DNA of 64,000 bases, taken from IMG/VR virus record IMGVR_UViG_3300041407_000075, positions 1 through 64,000 of that record. The stretch is one strand, 5' to 3'. This document shows positions 9,771 to 19,841 of this stretch, one piece after another (position 1 is the stretch's first letter; every line of letters starts with the position of its first letter). The notes under the pieces are model-generated. The model was given only the letters and a program-made list of their open reading frames with translations. It had not been told where the DNA came from and did not search any database. Origin of the DNA: a virus. The position numbers and the translations under genes are program-made.

Positions 9771-10568
9771 ATGTCGCTGGCAATCGAATGGGGCGACTCC
9801 TCTATTCAAGATGGTGGATTCATCTACTGTGATGCGGTAGTTTCGTATACTCAGAACTATGCAGGTCAAGTAACAAAGCACCCAATTGACGCGGGGGGCA
9901 ACGTTACCGACCACTACATTAGGTCTAACCCAGTCTTCACAATTGGTGCGGTAATTACTGGTGTTGATATTTCCACTGGTACTTACCTGATTCAAGACTT
10001 GGATGGCAACAACCCTTACAACAGTAACCAAGCTCCTAATGCTGTTAGTGTAAACTCCACAGATCAAAGTGTTTTGAAGAAGTTTATCCCAGACAGCATT
10101 GGTCAGTTCCTCTCTGACAGCCAACCGGAAGTTGTTGTAGACAGTAGACGTGCTGATCTCCTTGAACAAATTAGACAAGCTCTGATTGATCTTACTGCTG
10201 GTGTTGTCTTCAATGATAAGACTGGTAACTTTGATCCGAGTATTCAACTTGTTCGACTATTTGAATACGACAATACACTTCTGCGTAAAGTAATCAACAA
10301 TCTTGTAATGACAAAGATTACTTTCAAGGAAGATCCAAATACTGGGTATGGTTTGTATTGTGATATTACTTTTGAGCAAGTGACTTTTGCTTTCTTAAAG
10401 AAAACTACTATACCAAAAGACGTACAAGACTCTCTTAAAAAGAAAGCTTCCAGTAAAGCATCTAAAGGTAAACAAGACAGCACACCTCAGAATGTTGATG
10501 GAGCAGCCGCAGGAAGTAATGCCCCCAAAGACACAGACCCACTAAGACAGGCAAGGGAAAATGGCTGA
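9771..10568 (+). CDS. tail tube initiator / Dit-like baseplate protein
   Basis: VTKHPIDAGGNVTDH motif; follows tape measure gene. Confidence 0.65.
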   Translation: MSLAIEWGDSSIQDGGFIYCDAVVSYTQNYAGQVTKHPIDAGGNVTDHYIRSNPVFTIGAVITGVDISTGTYLIQDLDGNNPYNSNQAPNAVSVNSTDQSVLKKFIPDSIGQFLSDSQPEVVVDSRRADLLEQIRQALIDLTAGVVFNDKTGNFDPSIQLVRLFEYDNTLLRKVINNLVMTKITFKEDPNTGYGLYCDITFEQVTFAFLKKTTIPKDVQDSLKKKASSKASKGKQDSTPQNVDGAAAGSNAPKDTDPLRQARENG

Positions 10569-10896
10569 TAAATACATAGCAATGCCTTTGTTCAGTGATG
10601 CGTACTACACTTACACCATATCCTTTCAAGGTGACTCATATATTTTTGAGTTTATCTATAATGAAAGGGCTCAGTTATACTTCATCAATCTTTATGATGC
10701 AGATAACAACCCTATTGTGTTGGGGGAAGCTTTAGTTCCCAATTACCCGCTATTCTTAGATTATGCAATCTTCCCCCTTACGGGGTTTATTTGGATGGAA
10801 GAGAAAGCAGATATTATCAGTGAACCTTATAAAGTTTATCCTGATTCTATTGATCAATATTACAACCTTTTCTATATCTATACAGAGGAAGACTAA
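10561..10896 (+). CDS. baseplate protein
   Basis: Synteny; FIYNERAQLYFINLYD pattern. Confidence 0.55.
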   Translation: MADKYIAMPLFSDAYYTYTISFQGDSYIFEFIYNERAQLYFINLYDADNNPIVLGEALVPNYPLFLDYAIFPLTGFIWMEEKADIISEPYKVYPDSIDQYYNLFYIYTEED

Positions 10897-11795
10897 TGGA
10901 GCTTATCCAGAGAAACCGCCAGTATGTTCTAATCATTGGTGACAGTAACTCTGGTGAAGCTCTGGAGGTTACTGACCTTCAAGTCACTTTTGATATCAGC
11001 AAGAGTTCTGATAATAAAAAGAAAACTAATAGTGCTGCTATTGAAATTTATAACCTATCAGAAGACCACATCAGGCTTCTTGACACGGATTATCCAGCAG
11101 CAGTGTTTTCAGCCGGTTATTTAGACACAGGCGGTCCAAAACGTTTGTTCTCTGGTCAGGTTACTCACGTAACCACTCGTAAATCAGGTACTGAACGGAT
11201 TACACAGATTACTCTAGGGACGGGTTACACAGAGTTGAACCATCAAGTGTTGTCTGAGTTTGTTCCAGAAGGACAACCACCAAGACTTGCTGCCGAAAGG
11301 CTTATTCGTGCCATTGGGGCTGACAGAGGCGTATTTAACGGAACCAACTTAAACAACCCCCTCATATATGGGTATCCGCTTAGCGGAACACCTAAAGAGA
11401 TGTTGGATGAGATTTGTGAGAAGTATGCTTGTAACTGGCAGTTAGATGACGGTGTTGCCTACATCCACGACAATGATAGAGGTAATACAGAGAATTTTCA
11501 ACAGGCCTATGTTATCTCCAAGTATACGGGTCTTATTGAAAGTGCTTACAGGGTGTCGGGTGATCGCCAACGTTCGAAGAAAGATAAAGTTAAGAAGCCC
11601 GGAATACAGATGAAAATCCTTTTGAATTCTGATATTCGTGCTGGGGATATTATCCGTCTAGAAGATACTCTTATCACAGGATGGTTTAAAGTAGAGTCAC
11701 TTAGACACTATGGTGGCTGGCGTTCTCCGGGCTGGTACACGGATATCAAAGCAACTAGTCTAGAGAAGGTTGTTCAAAAAGGTGGTGGTTCATGA
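10896..11795 (+). CDS. baseplate hub protein
   Basis: FDISKS..NSAAIEIYNLS, AGY, TGLI motifs. Confidence 0.75.
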   Translation: MELIQRNRQYVLIIGDSNSGEALEVTDLQVTFDISKSSDNKKKTNSAAIEIYNLSEDHIRLLDTDYPAAVFSAGYLDTGGPKRLFSGQVTHVTTRKSGTERITQITLGTGYTELNHQVLSEFVPEGQPPRLAAERLIRAIGADRGVFNGTNLNNPLIYGYPLSGTPKEMLDEICEKYACNWQLDDGVAYIHDNDRGNTENFQQAYVISKYTGLIESAYRVSGDRQRSKKDKVKKPGIQMKILLNSDIRAGDIIRLEDTLITGWFKVESLRHYGGWRSPGWYTDIKATSLEKVVQKGGGS

Positions 11796-12577
11796 GTTCA
11801 GAAGCTGTAGCCGCTATTCAAAGTACAATGGTAAGTGCTTTTGATAGCCAGATGCAAAACATCTACACAATCATCCCTTGTATCGTTGTTGCTGTTCGTG
11901 ATGGACTTAATGGACAAATGGTAGATATCCAACCAACCATTAATCAAAAACAACAAGATGGTACAGTAGCAGAACGTCCTACTATTGGTGGTGTACCAGT
12001 ATCCTTCCAAGTGTCCAAGAAAGCTGGCTTCACTTTTCCAATTGAAGTTGGTGATACTGGTACAGCAATGTTCTCTATGAGAAACATGGATGGTTGGAAA
12101 GCTGGTAACGGTAGACCAGCAAGTCCAATGAACTTCGCTAAGATGGATAAGTCAGACGCCATATTTCTTCCGGGTATTCAGCCCCCCGGTGTTGCAGTCA
12201 ATAACCCAGCAAAGCATGTCCTAACTCATGACACGAAAGATACTGTAATTTTTGGTAACTTAGGTGGTGTCGAGGCTGAAGTTAGAATTAAAGTTGATGG
12301 TAGTATTGGGATTACAACAAGTAACATGCCAATTATTATTGAAGGCTCTGACGTTACTATTAATGCTGCGACTAGTATTAATTTGAATACCCCTAGCATG
12401 GTAGTTGATGCAGATGTGACCACATGGATTGGTAATATCAACCTACAAGGAAATCTTGTACAGATTGGTAATTATACAATCACTGGAGTTGCAACCTTTA
12501 ATGGAATTCCCTTCTCTACCCACAAACATATTGGCGTTACAGTTGGTGGTGGTACTTCTGGTACTCCTACAGCATAA
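11792..12577 (+). CDS. baseplate spike (gp138/gpV-like)
   Basis: VDIQP, PIEVGD, SDAIFLPG and C-terminal H-x-H (THKHIGV) iron-binding tip. Confidence 0.85.
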   Translation: MSSEAVAAIQSTMVSAFDSQMQNIYTIIPCIVVAVRDGLNGQMVDIQPTINQKQQDGTVAERPTIGGVPVSFQVSKKAGFTFPIEVGDTGTAMFSMRNMDGWKAGNGRPASPMNFAKMDKSDAIFLPGIQPPGVAVNNPAKHVLTHDTKDTVIFGNLGGVEAEVRIKVDGSIGITTSNMPIIIEGSDVTINAATSINLNTPSMVVDADVTTWIGNINLQGNLVQIGNYTITGVATFNGIPFSTHKHIGVTVGGGTSGTPTA

Positions 12578-12587
12578 GGAGATACTT

Positions 12588-12962
12588 TTGGACTTCAAAC
12601 TTGATCCCACATCTTGGGATATTATCTGGCACAACGGGCCACTTCAAGTCTCTGACACTACTCAACCCTTCACTGAAACAGTAGCCCAACGATTAAAGAT
12701 CAGACTACTTACGTTCCAAAATGAATGGTTTTTAGACACAACTTACGGTGTTCCCTATTGGCAGCGAATTCTTGGTATTAAGCAAACATCCAAAGCAGCC
12801 GTCGATTTACTATTCCAACAAAAAATCCTAGAAGAGCAAGGAGTGAAAGAAATTCTCACCTTCAACTCCACCTTTGTAAATCGTCAGTACTCCCTAACTT
12901 TCTCAGTTAAAGTTGTAGACGGCACTGTTACTTCACCCATTTCCGTACAACCTCTGAACTAA
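12588..12962 (+). CDS. baseplate wedge protein (gp25-like)
   Basis: VAQRLKIRLLTFQNEWFLDTTYGVPY; probable TTG start at 12588 after SD AAGGAG. Confidence 0.75.
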   Translation: MDFKLDPTSWDIIWHNGPLQVSDTTQPFTETVAQRLKIRLLTFQNEWFLDTTYGVPYWQRILGIKQTSKAAVDLLFQQKILEEQGVKEILTFNSTFVNRQYSLTFSVKVVDGTVTSPISVQPLN

Positions 12963-12972
12963 AGGAATTAAT

Positions 12973-14415
12973 ATGGCAGGTATTACAGACGCCGGTTTTG
13001 TCATTAAACGGTTAGCCGATATTCTGGCCGATGATCGTGCCTTAGCTGTGCAGTTGTTTCAAGACCTTATTCAACCGGGCGATCAGGTCGATGTTTCAGA
13101 TTCTTCAGCCCTTGGTCGCCTAATCTCCCTAGCTGCCCCAAGTGAAGCAGACCTATGGGAAGCTGCCCAAGAAGTATACGCAGCCTTTGACCCAAACTCT
13201 GCAACAGGTATTGCCCTAGATAACCTTGTAGCATTAGGCGGCGTTGTTCGACAAGAACAAACTTTCTCTACAGCACAGGTCATTGCCTCGGGAGATACTG
13301 GTACAACAGTTGCACTTAATCTATCGATTAGTAGTTCGGTTAATCGTACACAGTGGAATATTGTAGCACCTATTCTTCTAGACACTAACGGAACAAGTGG
13401 GGCAAGTTTCACCCCTCTGGTTGTTGCTGATTCTACTCTCTATACTATTACCTACGAAGGTATAAGTACTACAAACACTGTAAGTTATACATCAACAGTG
13501 GGAGCAACAGCAACAAGTATTGTTGCTGGGTTGGCTAACGTTGTAACCTTATCACACCCTTCATTTACTGCAAGTATTAATGGAACTACATTAACTCTAA
13601 CAAGAGTGGACCCATTTTCTTTTGTAAATATAACTACCTCTGCCAACCTGAGTGTCATTAAGATTCAGAAGGTAGGAGAGGTAAAGGCCGATGTTGCTGG
13701 GGACACCTCTGCCGAGGCGAACACCCTTACAGTTATCCTAACACCTCAGCTTGGGTGGGACAGCGTAACAAATCCTATTCCTGCCTCTGAAGGGCTTAAT
13801 CTTGAGACAGATGAAGAACTCCGTATTCGATTTAGGAATACTAAGTTCGAACGTGCAAGTTCGACAGTTGACGCAATTTACTCTGCCCTAAATTCCTTGG
13901 TTAGTATAGAAAAAGTTGTCGTATATGAAAATGACACTGATGTAACAGACTCTATGGGTATCCCTTCTCACAGTTTTCATCCAATTATCCTTGGTGGACT
14001 AAACTCGGAAATCGGGCAAACTATCTGGGAAAATAAGCCAATGGGTATTAGAAGTTACGGAGATACAACAGTCGTAATTCATGACTCCCAAGGTTTTGCT
14101 CATAACATCCAGTTTAAACGCCCAGACCCAGTCCCTATTTACATCACTATGACTCTAACTAAGAACAGTGATTTTCCGGGAAGTGGTAATGACGATATTA
14201 AGTCAGCCTTAATTTCATTCTTCCAAAGTAATGTTAGTATAGGTGATGACGTTATTTATAGTCGTCTGTATACCCCAATCAATAGTGTTCCGGGACATTT
14301 TGTTAATAGCCTGTTTATTGGGACAGCAGCCAGTCCAACAGGAGTAGTGAATATCCCAATTGATTTTGATGCCATCGCAACACTCAGTAGTGCCAATATT
14401 TCAATCATAGGTTAA
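12973..14415 (+). CDS. baseplate J-like wedge protein
   Basis: DPNSATGIALD, ETDEELRIR, VYENDT, IPSHS motifs. Confidence 0.85.
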   Translation: MAGITDAGFVIKRLADILADDRALAVQLFQDLIQPGDQVDVSDSSALGRLISLAAPSEADLWEAAQEVYAAFDPNSATGIALDNLVALGGVVRQEQTFSTAQVIASGDTGTTVALNLSISSSVNRTQWNIVAPILLDTNGTSGASFTPLVVADSTLYTITYEGISTTNTVSYTSTVGATATSIVAGLANVVTLSHPSFTASINGTTLTLTRVDPFSFVNITTSANLSVIKIQKVGEVKADVAGDTSAEANTLTVILTPQLGWDSVTNPIPASEGLNLETDEELRIRFRNTKFERASSTVDAIYSALNSLVSIEKVVVYENDTDVTDSMGIPSHSFHPIILGGLNSEIGQTIWENKPMGIRSYGDTTVVIHDSQGFAHNIQFKRPDPVPIYITMTLTKNSDFPGSGNDDIKSALISFFQSNVSIGDDVIYSRLYTPINSVPGHFVNSLFIGTAASPTGVVNIPIDFDAIATLSSANISIIG

Positions 14416-14425
14416 AGGAGGATTT

Positions 14426-15232
14426 ATGGCATTAAATGAATTCCTTTTCGAAGCCTACCTTGATACTGCAAGATCCCGTGTTACTGAACAGTTTAAGTTC
14501 AACCCTTCTGATAATCAAGGGGCTAGAGTATTTGACAACTACCTCCAACTTCTAGTATCCCCTAAACTAGAGCTTCAGCAAGTATTTAAAGACCTTATGC
14601 AATTGCGCTCTTTGGATACGGCGACGGGAGAACAGCTTAATATCCTTGGAAGAATTGTAGGTCAAGATAGAGTTTTGATTAACTCTGACCTTTACGATTT
14701 CTTTGGATTTCAAGGGGCGTTGAAGGCTGGGAGTATGGGTACTCTATCTGACCCCACTGTAGGGAGTGTGTTTTATTCTCTAGGGGAACCTCTAGGGGGG
14801 AATGTTGAACTTGATGATAGTACTTACAGATTATTTATTCAAGCTAAGATTCTAAAGAATAATACAGCCTCAACTTCTGAAGAATTTATCAGGAGTATGA
14901 ACTTAATTTTTGGTAACAGTGCAGTAATTGCAATCGAAGATGAGTCAGGGGAGTCTGGGAATGTGACGGTTCTTTTTAATAGGCATTTATCAGACTTTGA
15001 GAGGGCTCTGTTGCTCTATACAGATAACTCTTCAGGTTATCCATCAGGACTTATCCCAAAGACTATTGGTGTTAACGTTAAGTACGGAGAATACGTTCGT
15101 ATAGATACACCAATCAGCTGGTCATTAGTTTACGATGGTACTTGGACCTATGATTTGCCATACACTTACAATGCTATTCCTACATACTCTGATACTTTTG
15201 ATGAGTCAGATATTGAAATTACTTTATATTAA
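14426..15232 (+). CDS. baseplate wedge protein (DUF2612-like)
   Basis: LDTATGEQLNILGRIVG, LDDSTYRLFIQAKILKN. Confidence 0.75.
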   Translation: MALNEFLFEAYLDTARSRVTEQFKFNPSDNQGARVFDNYLQLLVSPKLELQQVFKDLMQLRSLDTATGEQLNILGRIVGQDRVLINSDLYDFFGFQGALKAGSMGTLSDPTVGSVFYSLGEPLGGNVELDDSTYRLFIQAKILKNNTASTSEEFIRSMNLIFGNSAVIAIEDESGESGNVTVLFNRHLSDFERALLLYTDNSSGYPSGLIPKTIGVNVKYGEYVRIDTPISWSLVYDGTWTYDLPYTYNAIPTYSDTFDESDIEITLY

Positions 15233-15241
15233 AGGAAGTTT

Positions 15242-17515
15242 ATGGCTAACTTAACTGAGAGTCCTATTTATGAATCCGGGATTTTTCAACTAGAGAAATC
15301 TACACCTGCTGTTGGTGGTGCTCCAGTTATTGATGCTGGTATTCCAAGTGCTGGACATGCTAATGCTCAAGCTCAACAACTAGCCAATCGTACAGCTTGG
15401 CTTAAAGAGCAGGTTGATAGCGGAGGTAGTGCAACTGCATTGGCTTCCAACTTAGCTATTCAAGATGATACTACAAAAGGTGCAGGGCTTGTTGGGGGAG
15501 ATGGTACAACACTTATTGAGCAGTTGACCCTTAGTCGAAAATTAGCTAATTATACAGCACTACGTAATTATACCGGTATTGCCGACCGTGTAGAAATCAC
15601 TCAATCGGGCATATCGGGCATATTTCTACGAGACCCTACAGACACTACAAGCCTTGAGAACTACGGCACCCTGATTGTTTCCTCATCAGATGTACGATGG
15701 AAAAGGGAGTTTGTTGGCGCATCCTACGCTGAGTGGTTTTATATCTCTGGCGAGAGCGACACCACTAAAATGATACAACGTGCCATTGACGCAAGCTATA
15801 TTGCAGGTGGTGGCGTGGTACAACTCCTAGCTAAAACTTATAACGTTAGCGTAACAACACTTACACTGCCGGTAATGTTGATTTCGGCAGGAGGGGCACT
15901 AAACCCTACTACAACTCTAACTCAAAGCTGCCTAGTACTCAGGGCTAAAGTATCCCTTATCGGTGCTGGCTTAGGTGCAACCACTATCCAAGCGCCTGTT
16001 GTCGAGAGGTCTTCTATTAGTCTCTATGAGATGGATGGTGGTGGTTTGCGTGATATGACTATATACGGGGGTAAAGGTGTAACAACTGTAGTCAGTTCTC
16101 TTGAGTCAAACAACTGCAATATGGTTTTAGATAATCTGGAAATTGGGAATAGTTCTAGTTACGGCCTCGGCATCCAAATGGGCTTTAACTATAACAACAG
16201 GTACTCCAGAATACATGTCCACCACACTGGCCAAGATGCTATCGACCACAAGGCTCGCGTAAAGCCTAGTACTGGTGAACTTCCTTATGGCAACTCTTTC
16301 GAAAATATCCTCGTTGAGTACTATGGCCAGACTAGCGCAACAGAAAGTGCCGGTATGGATTTACGAGGGCAGCAACAAGTTACCAATGTAGTTTGCCGTA
16401 ACTTCTCAGTCCCCGGTAAAAGTAATATTGGGTTGAGGTTGTCTACTGGTGTTACTGAGGTAAATGACAAGCGCATTGGTTCTGATAAATCTACTATTAC
16501 AAACTTCTACATTAATAGTGGAGATGCTACAGATACAGGTATAGTAGGTTTGGCTGTCAACGAGGCATCTTTTGGTTGCGTTACAAACGGTGTTATTGAG
16601 AATTGCCACACAGGCGTAAACCAAGGGTCAACAGTATCTGGTAATGGTCGTGGCGATTATCTATCCCTAAATAACATCCAAGTATTTGGTGCTCGTGGGA
16701 ACTCCTTCCAGACTACGGAAGATAGTGTAAGTATTGTCAACTGTAAAGCAATTGCAGCGGAGGATTACTTCTCTGAGGCTTTAAATAATCTTGTTATTGG
16801 GCAAACAGTAATACCAGTACCAAGAACTTTTGTAGCCGGGATTGTTAAGGTTTATAAGAATAACGTCCTTTTAACCCTGACAACTGACTATACCCTCACA
16901 GGAACTACCGCTGTCAATCTTGTCGTAGCAGCAGCTTCTGGTGATATTATTAGGGTTCAAACTCCCGGATCAAGGGGGGCTAACTTTACAACTAATGCTG
17001 AAGGCCGGTCTGCTATAAACAACATGCTAATTGGTTTTGTAGCTAAAGGCATGGTTACTCCAGTAGATGGTGACGCCACAAGCCTTGCAAGTTTAACCCA
17101 GATTGCAGTTAACGATGGTCGTGGGAGTGTCAGAACCCCTTCAGCATTAAATAGTGGTGAAGTTCAGGCATTTGGCCCCCTTGCAGACTATGAACTTGAA
17201 CTAAGAAGCCAAGGTGTTGCGGGGGTAACCGCACGGTCTAATGGAACAAGAGCAGCTAGATTTGTTAACCCGGCAAGCGCAGTTAACTGGGCCGAGATTC
17301 AGGGGAGTATAGCTGGTACTGGCGTTCGTATTGGTGCTGCTGGCTCTGACACAAATATCAACGTTAGAATTGTACCAAAAGGCTCTACAGCGTCTGTAGA
17401 GATTCCTGTGGGTAATGTAAGGGCATTTGCAAACGACGCTGCTGCTGCCACAGGTGGCGTACCGGTCGGGGGTCTATATCGCATAGGCAATGCCATTCAA
17501 ATCAGATTAGCGTAA
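15242..17515 (+). CDS. tailspike / receptor-binding protein with probable beta-helix depolymerase domain
   Basis: N-terminal ANAQAQQLANRTAWLK anchor; DTTKMIQRAID..GGGVVQL pectate-lyase-like start; C-terminal FANDAAAATGGVPVGGLYR. Confidence 0.8.
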   Translation: MANLTESPIYESGIFQLEKSTPAVGGAPVIDAGIPSAGHANAQAQQLANRTAWLKEQVDSGGSATALASNLAIQDDTTKGAGLVGGDGTTLIEQLTLSRKLANYTALRNYTGIADRVEITQSGISGIFLRDPTDTTSLENYGTLIVSSSDVRWKREFVGASYAEWFYISGESDTTKMIQRAIDASYIAGGGVVQLLAKTYNVSVTTLTLPVMLISAGGALNPTTTLTQSCLVLRAKVSLIGAGLGATTIQAPVVERSSISLYEMDGGGLRDMTIYGGKGVTTVVSSLESNNCNMVLDNLEIGNSSSYGLGIQMGFNYNNRYSRIHVHHTGQDAIDHKARVKPSTGELPYGNSFENILVEYYGQTSATESAGMDLRGQQQVTNVVCRNFSVPGKSNIGLRLSTGVTEVNDKRIGSDKSTITNFYINSGDATDTGIVGLAVNEASFGCVTNGVIENCHTGVNQGSTVSGNGRGDYLSLNNIQVFGARGNSFQTTEDSVSIVNCKAIAAEDYFSEALNNLVIGQTVIPVPRTFVAGIVKVYKNNVLLTLTTDYTLTGTTAVNLVVAAASGDIIRVQTPGSRGANFTTNAEGRSAINNMLIGFVAKGMVTPVDGDATSLASLTQIAVNDGRGSVRTPSALNSGEVQAFGPLADYELELRSQGVAGVTARSNGTRAARFVNPASAVNWAEIQGSIAGTGVRIGAAGSDTNINVRIVPKGSTASVEIPVGNVRAFANDAAAATGGVPVGGLYRIGNAIQIRLA

Positions 17516-17525
17516 GGAATAATAA

Positions 17526-18449
17526 ATGCCCAATATTTCAAAACCCAATGATATCAACAACATTTGGGCATCTACTGGCGATGTAGTTGCTCCCGGCTCA
17601 ACATATGTAGCTAATGGGTGGGAAGCTATCATCCCTCCACATGAGTATTTTAACTGGCTTGATAATCGTCAAGATCGTTTTAATGCTCATGTAAATCAAC
17701 ATGGTACTCCTGTCTGGGACTCTATCACCGAGTATCAGGCTGGTCTTAGTTATACTAAGGGTAGTGATGGTATTATCTACCGAGCCGTTACCACTAATAG
17801 CAACATAAACCCTGTTGGGGATCTTACCGGTGCTTGGGTTAATACAAACTCTAGTGGCATGGTAGTTATCTCAACTCTAGGTAACTCCACATGGGTTGTC
17901 CCTACTGCTCTTAGCAGCGGACTTAAGAAAGCTAAAATCACTGTTACAGGTGGTGGTGCTTCTGGTGGTAGTGGTGGGTCTGGTAACAGAGGTGCTGGTG
18001 GTGGTGCTGGTGGTACAGCAATTGGTAGCCTAGACCTGACAGGAGTTACCAGTGTCGCTGTCACAGTCGGCGCTGGCGGTGCTCGACGTACTAGTGGAGC
18101 CCTTGATGGTAATGATGGTACACAGAGTAAGTTTGGTACTAGCCTCTTTGGCAATGGTGGTGGCAATGGTGGCAGGTATGCTGTAAGTGCCCCTGTCGAT
18201 GGGGGTTTTGGTGGTACTGCATCGGGAGGAAGTCTAAACCTCAAAGGTGGTGATGGCTCTGATGGACCTACAAACAGCTCCGGTGCTTCAAGTGGCGGCA
18301 GTGGCGATGGCGGTTCTTCCTATTGGGGCGGTTGCACACGTAGTAGTGCCTCAAGTATTGCAACGGCAAGCGCTTACGGCAGTGGTGGTGGTGGCGGTAT
18401 CACCGGCAGTTCGCCGGGTGGTGATGGTGTTATTGTTATTGAATGGTAA
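17526..18449 (+). CDS. tail fibre protein (Gly-rich)
   Basis: WASTGD..GW..IIPPHEYFNWL anchor; TVTGGG/GGGAGG/GDGVIVIEW Gly-rich domain. Confidence 0.8.
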   Translation: MPNISKPNDINNIWASTGDVVAPGSTYVANGWEAIIPPHEYFNWLDNRQDRFNAHVNQHGTPVWDSITEYQAGLSYTKGSDGIIYRAVTTNSNINPVGDLTGAWVNTNSSGMVVISTLGNSTWVVPTALSSGLKKAKITVTGGGASGGSGGSGNRGAGGGAGGTAIGSLDLTGVTSVAVTVGAGGARRTSGALDGNDGTQSKFGTSLFGNGGGNGGRYAVSAPVDGGFGGTASGGSLNLKGGDGSDGPTNSSGASSGGSGDGGSSYWGGCTRSSASSIATASAYGSGGGGGITGSSPGGDGVIVIEW

Positions 18450-18473
18450 TAGCCAGCTCTATGAGGGTTTAAC

Positions 18474-19001
18474 ATGAGCGCCAACTCCAATCTGTATAAA
18501 AAGCTCCTTGGAGTTGGTCTTGGTTCTGCCTTGGCCATTTCAGGTGCATTCATCGTAGCACCATTTGAAGGCCAAGAAAACAAAGCTTATATTGACCCTG
18601 TGGGAATTGTAACTGTGTGTTATGGGAATACCGGCAAAGAAGCTGTTCTTGGAAAATCTTACACAGATGATCAGTGTCTGGATCAGATGGCTACAGACTT
18701 AAAAGAGCATGACAAGCAATTGATGTCTGTTGTTAAGGTTCCATTTAAGTCTGACTACCAACATGCTGCCATGCTTTCATTTGTTTACAATGCAGGGGTT
18801 GGTAATTTCTCGTCTAGTACCATGCTTAAGAAACTTAATGCAAAAGACTATGATGGGGCTTGTCAAGAGCTGACTAAATGGGTTTATGCGAAAAAGAAAA
18901 TGCTGAGAGGCTTGGTTATCAGGCGCTCTGTAGAGTATAAATACTGTATCGGTGAAGTTCCAGTAGATATTAAAGAGGTGGTTAATGAAGGTAAAAATTA
19001 A
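18474..19001 (+). CDS. endolysin, GH24 lysozyme with probable SAR anchor
   Basis: E-8x-D-5x-T triad (FEGQENKAYIDPVGIVTVCYG), SFVYNAG, GLVIRR; Gly/Ala-rich hydrophobic N-terminus. Confidence 0.9.
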   Translation: MSANSNLYKKLLGVGLGSALAISGAFIVAPFEGQENKAYIDPVGIVTVCYGNTGKEAVLGKSYTDDQCLDQMATDLKEHDKQLMSVVKVPFKSDYQHAAMLSFVYNAGVGNFSSSTMLKKLNAKDYDGACQELTKWVYAKKKMLRGLVIRRSVEYKYCIGEVPVDIKEVVNEGKN

Positions 19002-19233
19002 ACGTCCTACTTTGATAGAAGATTGGAAGAAGCAACTAAAGTCTTATTCCGCACTTAGCCTATTTGCTAACATTCTGATAGCTCTTGCATACGGCCTGTC
19101 ACTAGCATTTGGAATGGGGCTTGTTTACATGAGCCCTTTCTACATTGTACTAGTAATGGGTGGTGTAGCGAGTCTTGGTGCTCTAGGTCGGTTCATAAAG
19201 CAACAGAAAGAGGATGAAGAGAATGTTCAATAG
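18985..19233 (+). CDS. holin (two TM segments, possibly pinholin)
   Basis: 82 aa, two hydrophobic segments, charged C-terminus; overlaps endolysin gene. Confidence 0.65.
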   Translation: MKVKIKRPTLIEDWKKQLKSYSALSLFANILIALAYGLSLAFGMGLVYMSPFYIVLVMGGVASLGALGRFIKQQKEDEENVQ

Positions 19234-19699
19234 CTGGATGTTCTATCTCATTCTCGGTTTGTCTGCAAGTACCCTCACTTTAGGCTGGCTTTCTCTATCT
19301 CTGCACGACGATAAAGTGATAGCTGAGCAAGCACTAGTCCAAGCTATTAACGTCAATTCTGATATGCAAAAGTCCCTTAACTTAAAGGATTTAAGCTGTC
19401 AAATAGACTCACAGTCTGGTGCTGAGCTTGTAGCTGAGAAGAGTAAGATTGATGAAGGTATTTCTCCTGTAAACAGTCAACTTAAAGACTTGGCTACAGT
19501 AAAGAAAACACCAAGTAAAGTTGTCACTGCTGTGGCACCTAAACAAAACGAGACTATTAAAGATGAAAGCAATTTCTTGCCTGATGATGGGCTTCTTAGT
19601 CCTAATGTTACAGGGCTGCTTCGCAACGGCTGGTGTAGTGCCTACCCCGACAGTGACCAATGTGTTTCCACCGGACAACCTTCTGGTCAACCCTTGTAA
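19214..19699 (+). CDS. i-spanin (Rz-like)
   Basis: N-terminal TM segment then helical periplasmic region; overlapped by lipoprotein ORF. Confidence 0.75.
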   Translation: MKRMFNSWMFYLILGLSASTLTLGWLSLSLHDDKVIAEQALVQAINVNSDMQKSLNLKDLSCQIDSQSGAELVAEKSKIDEGISPVNSQLKDLATVKKTPSKVVTAVAPKQNETIKDESNFLPDDGLLSPNVTGLLRNGWCSAYPDSDQCVSTGQPSGQPL

Positions 19700-19841
19700 A
19701 CCTACTCCTGCGGGAGAAAGTCTTATTGATTTGGCTATTGCTCAGAATACCAACGTTGGGTGTATAGGGAAATGGGAAAAGCAGATGAATAAGATCAGGG
19801 ATAACAAAGCAAAACAAAAGGCCCTTTATAATGTCAAATGA
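19563..19841 (+). CDS. o-spanin (Rz1-like lipoprotein)
   Basis: MKAISCLMMGFLVLMLQG-C lipobox; Pro-rich PPDNLLVNPC; overlapping frame of i-spanin. Confidence 0.75.
   Translation: MKAISCLMMGFLVLMLQGCFATAGVVPTPTVTNVFPPDNLLVNPCKPTPAGESLIDLAIAQNTNVGCIGKWEKQMNKIRDNKAKQKALYNVK

Noticed and set aside
12429-12587. Longer N-terminus for the gp25-like gene as given in the ORF track
   Set aside because: It overlaps the spike gene; the strong SD supports TTG at 12588
17940-18430. GGT-rich repeats as a DNA-level element or diversity-generating target
   Set aside because: Explained by Gly-rich fibre coding; no template/variable repeat pair or reverse transcriptase seen
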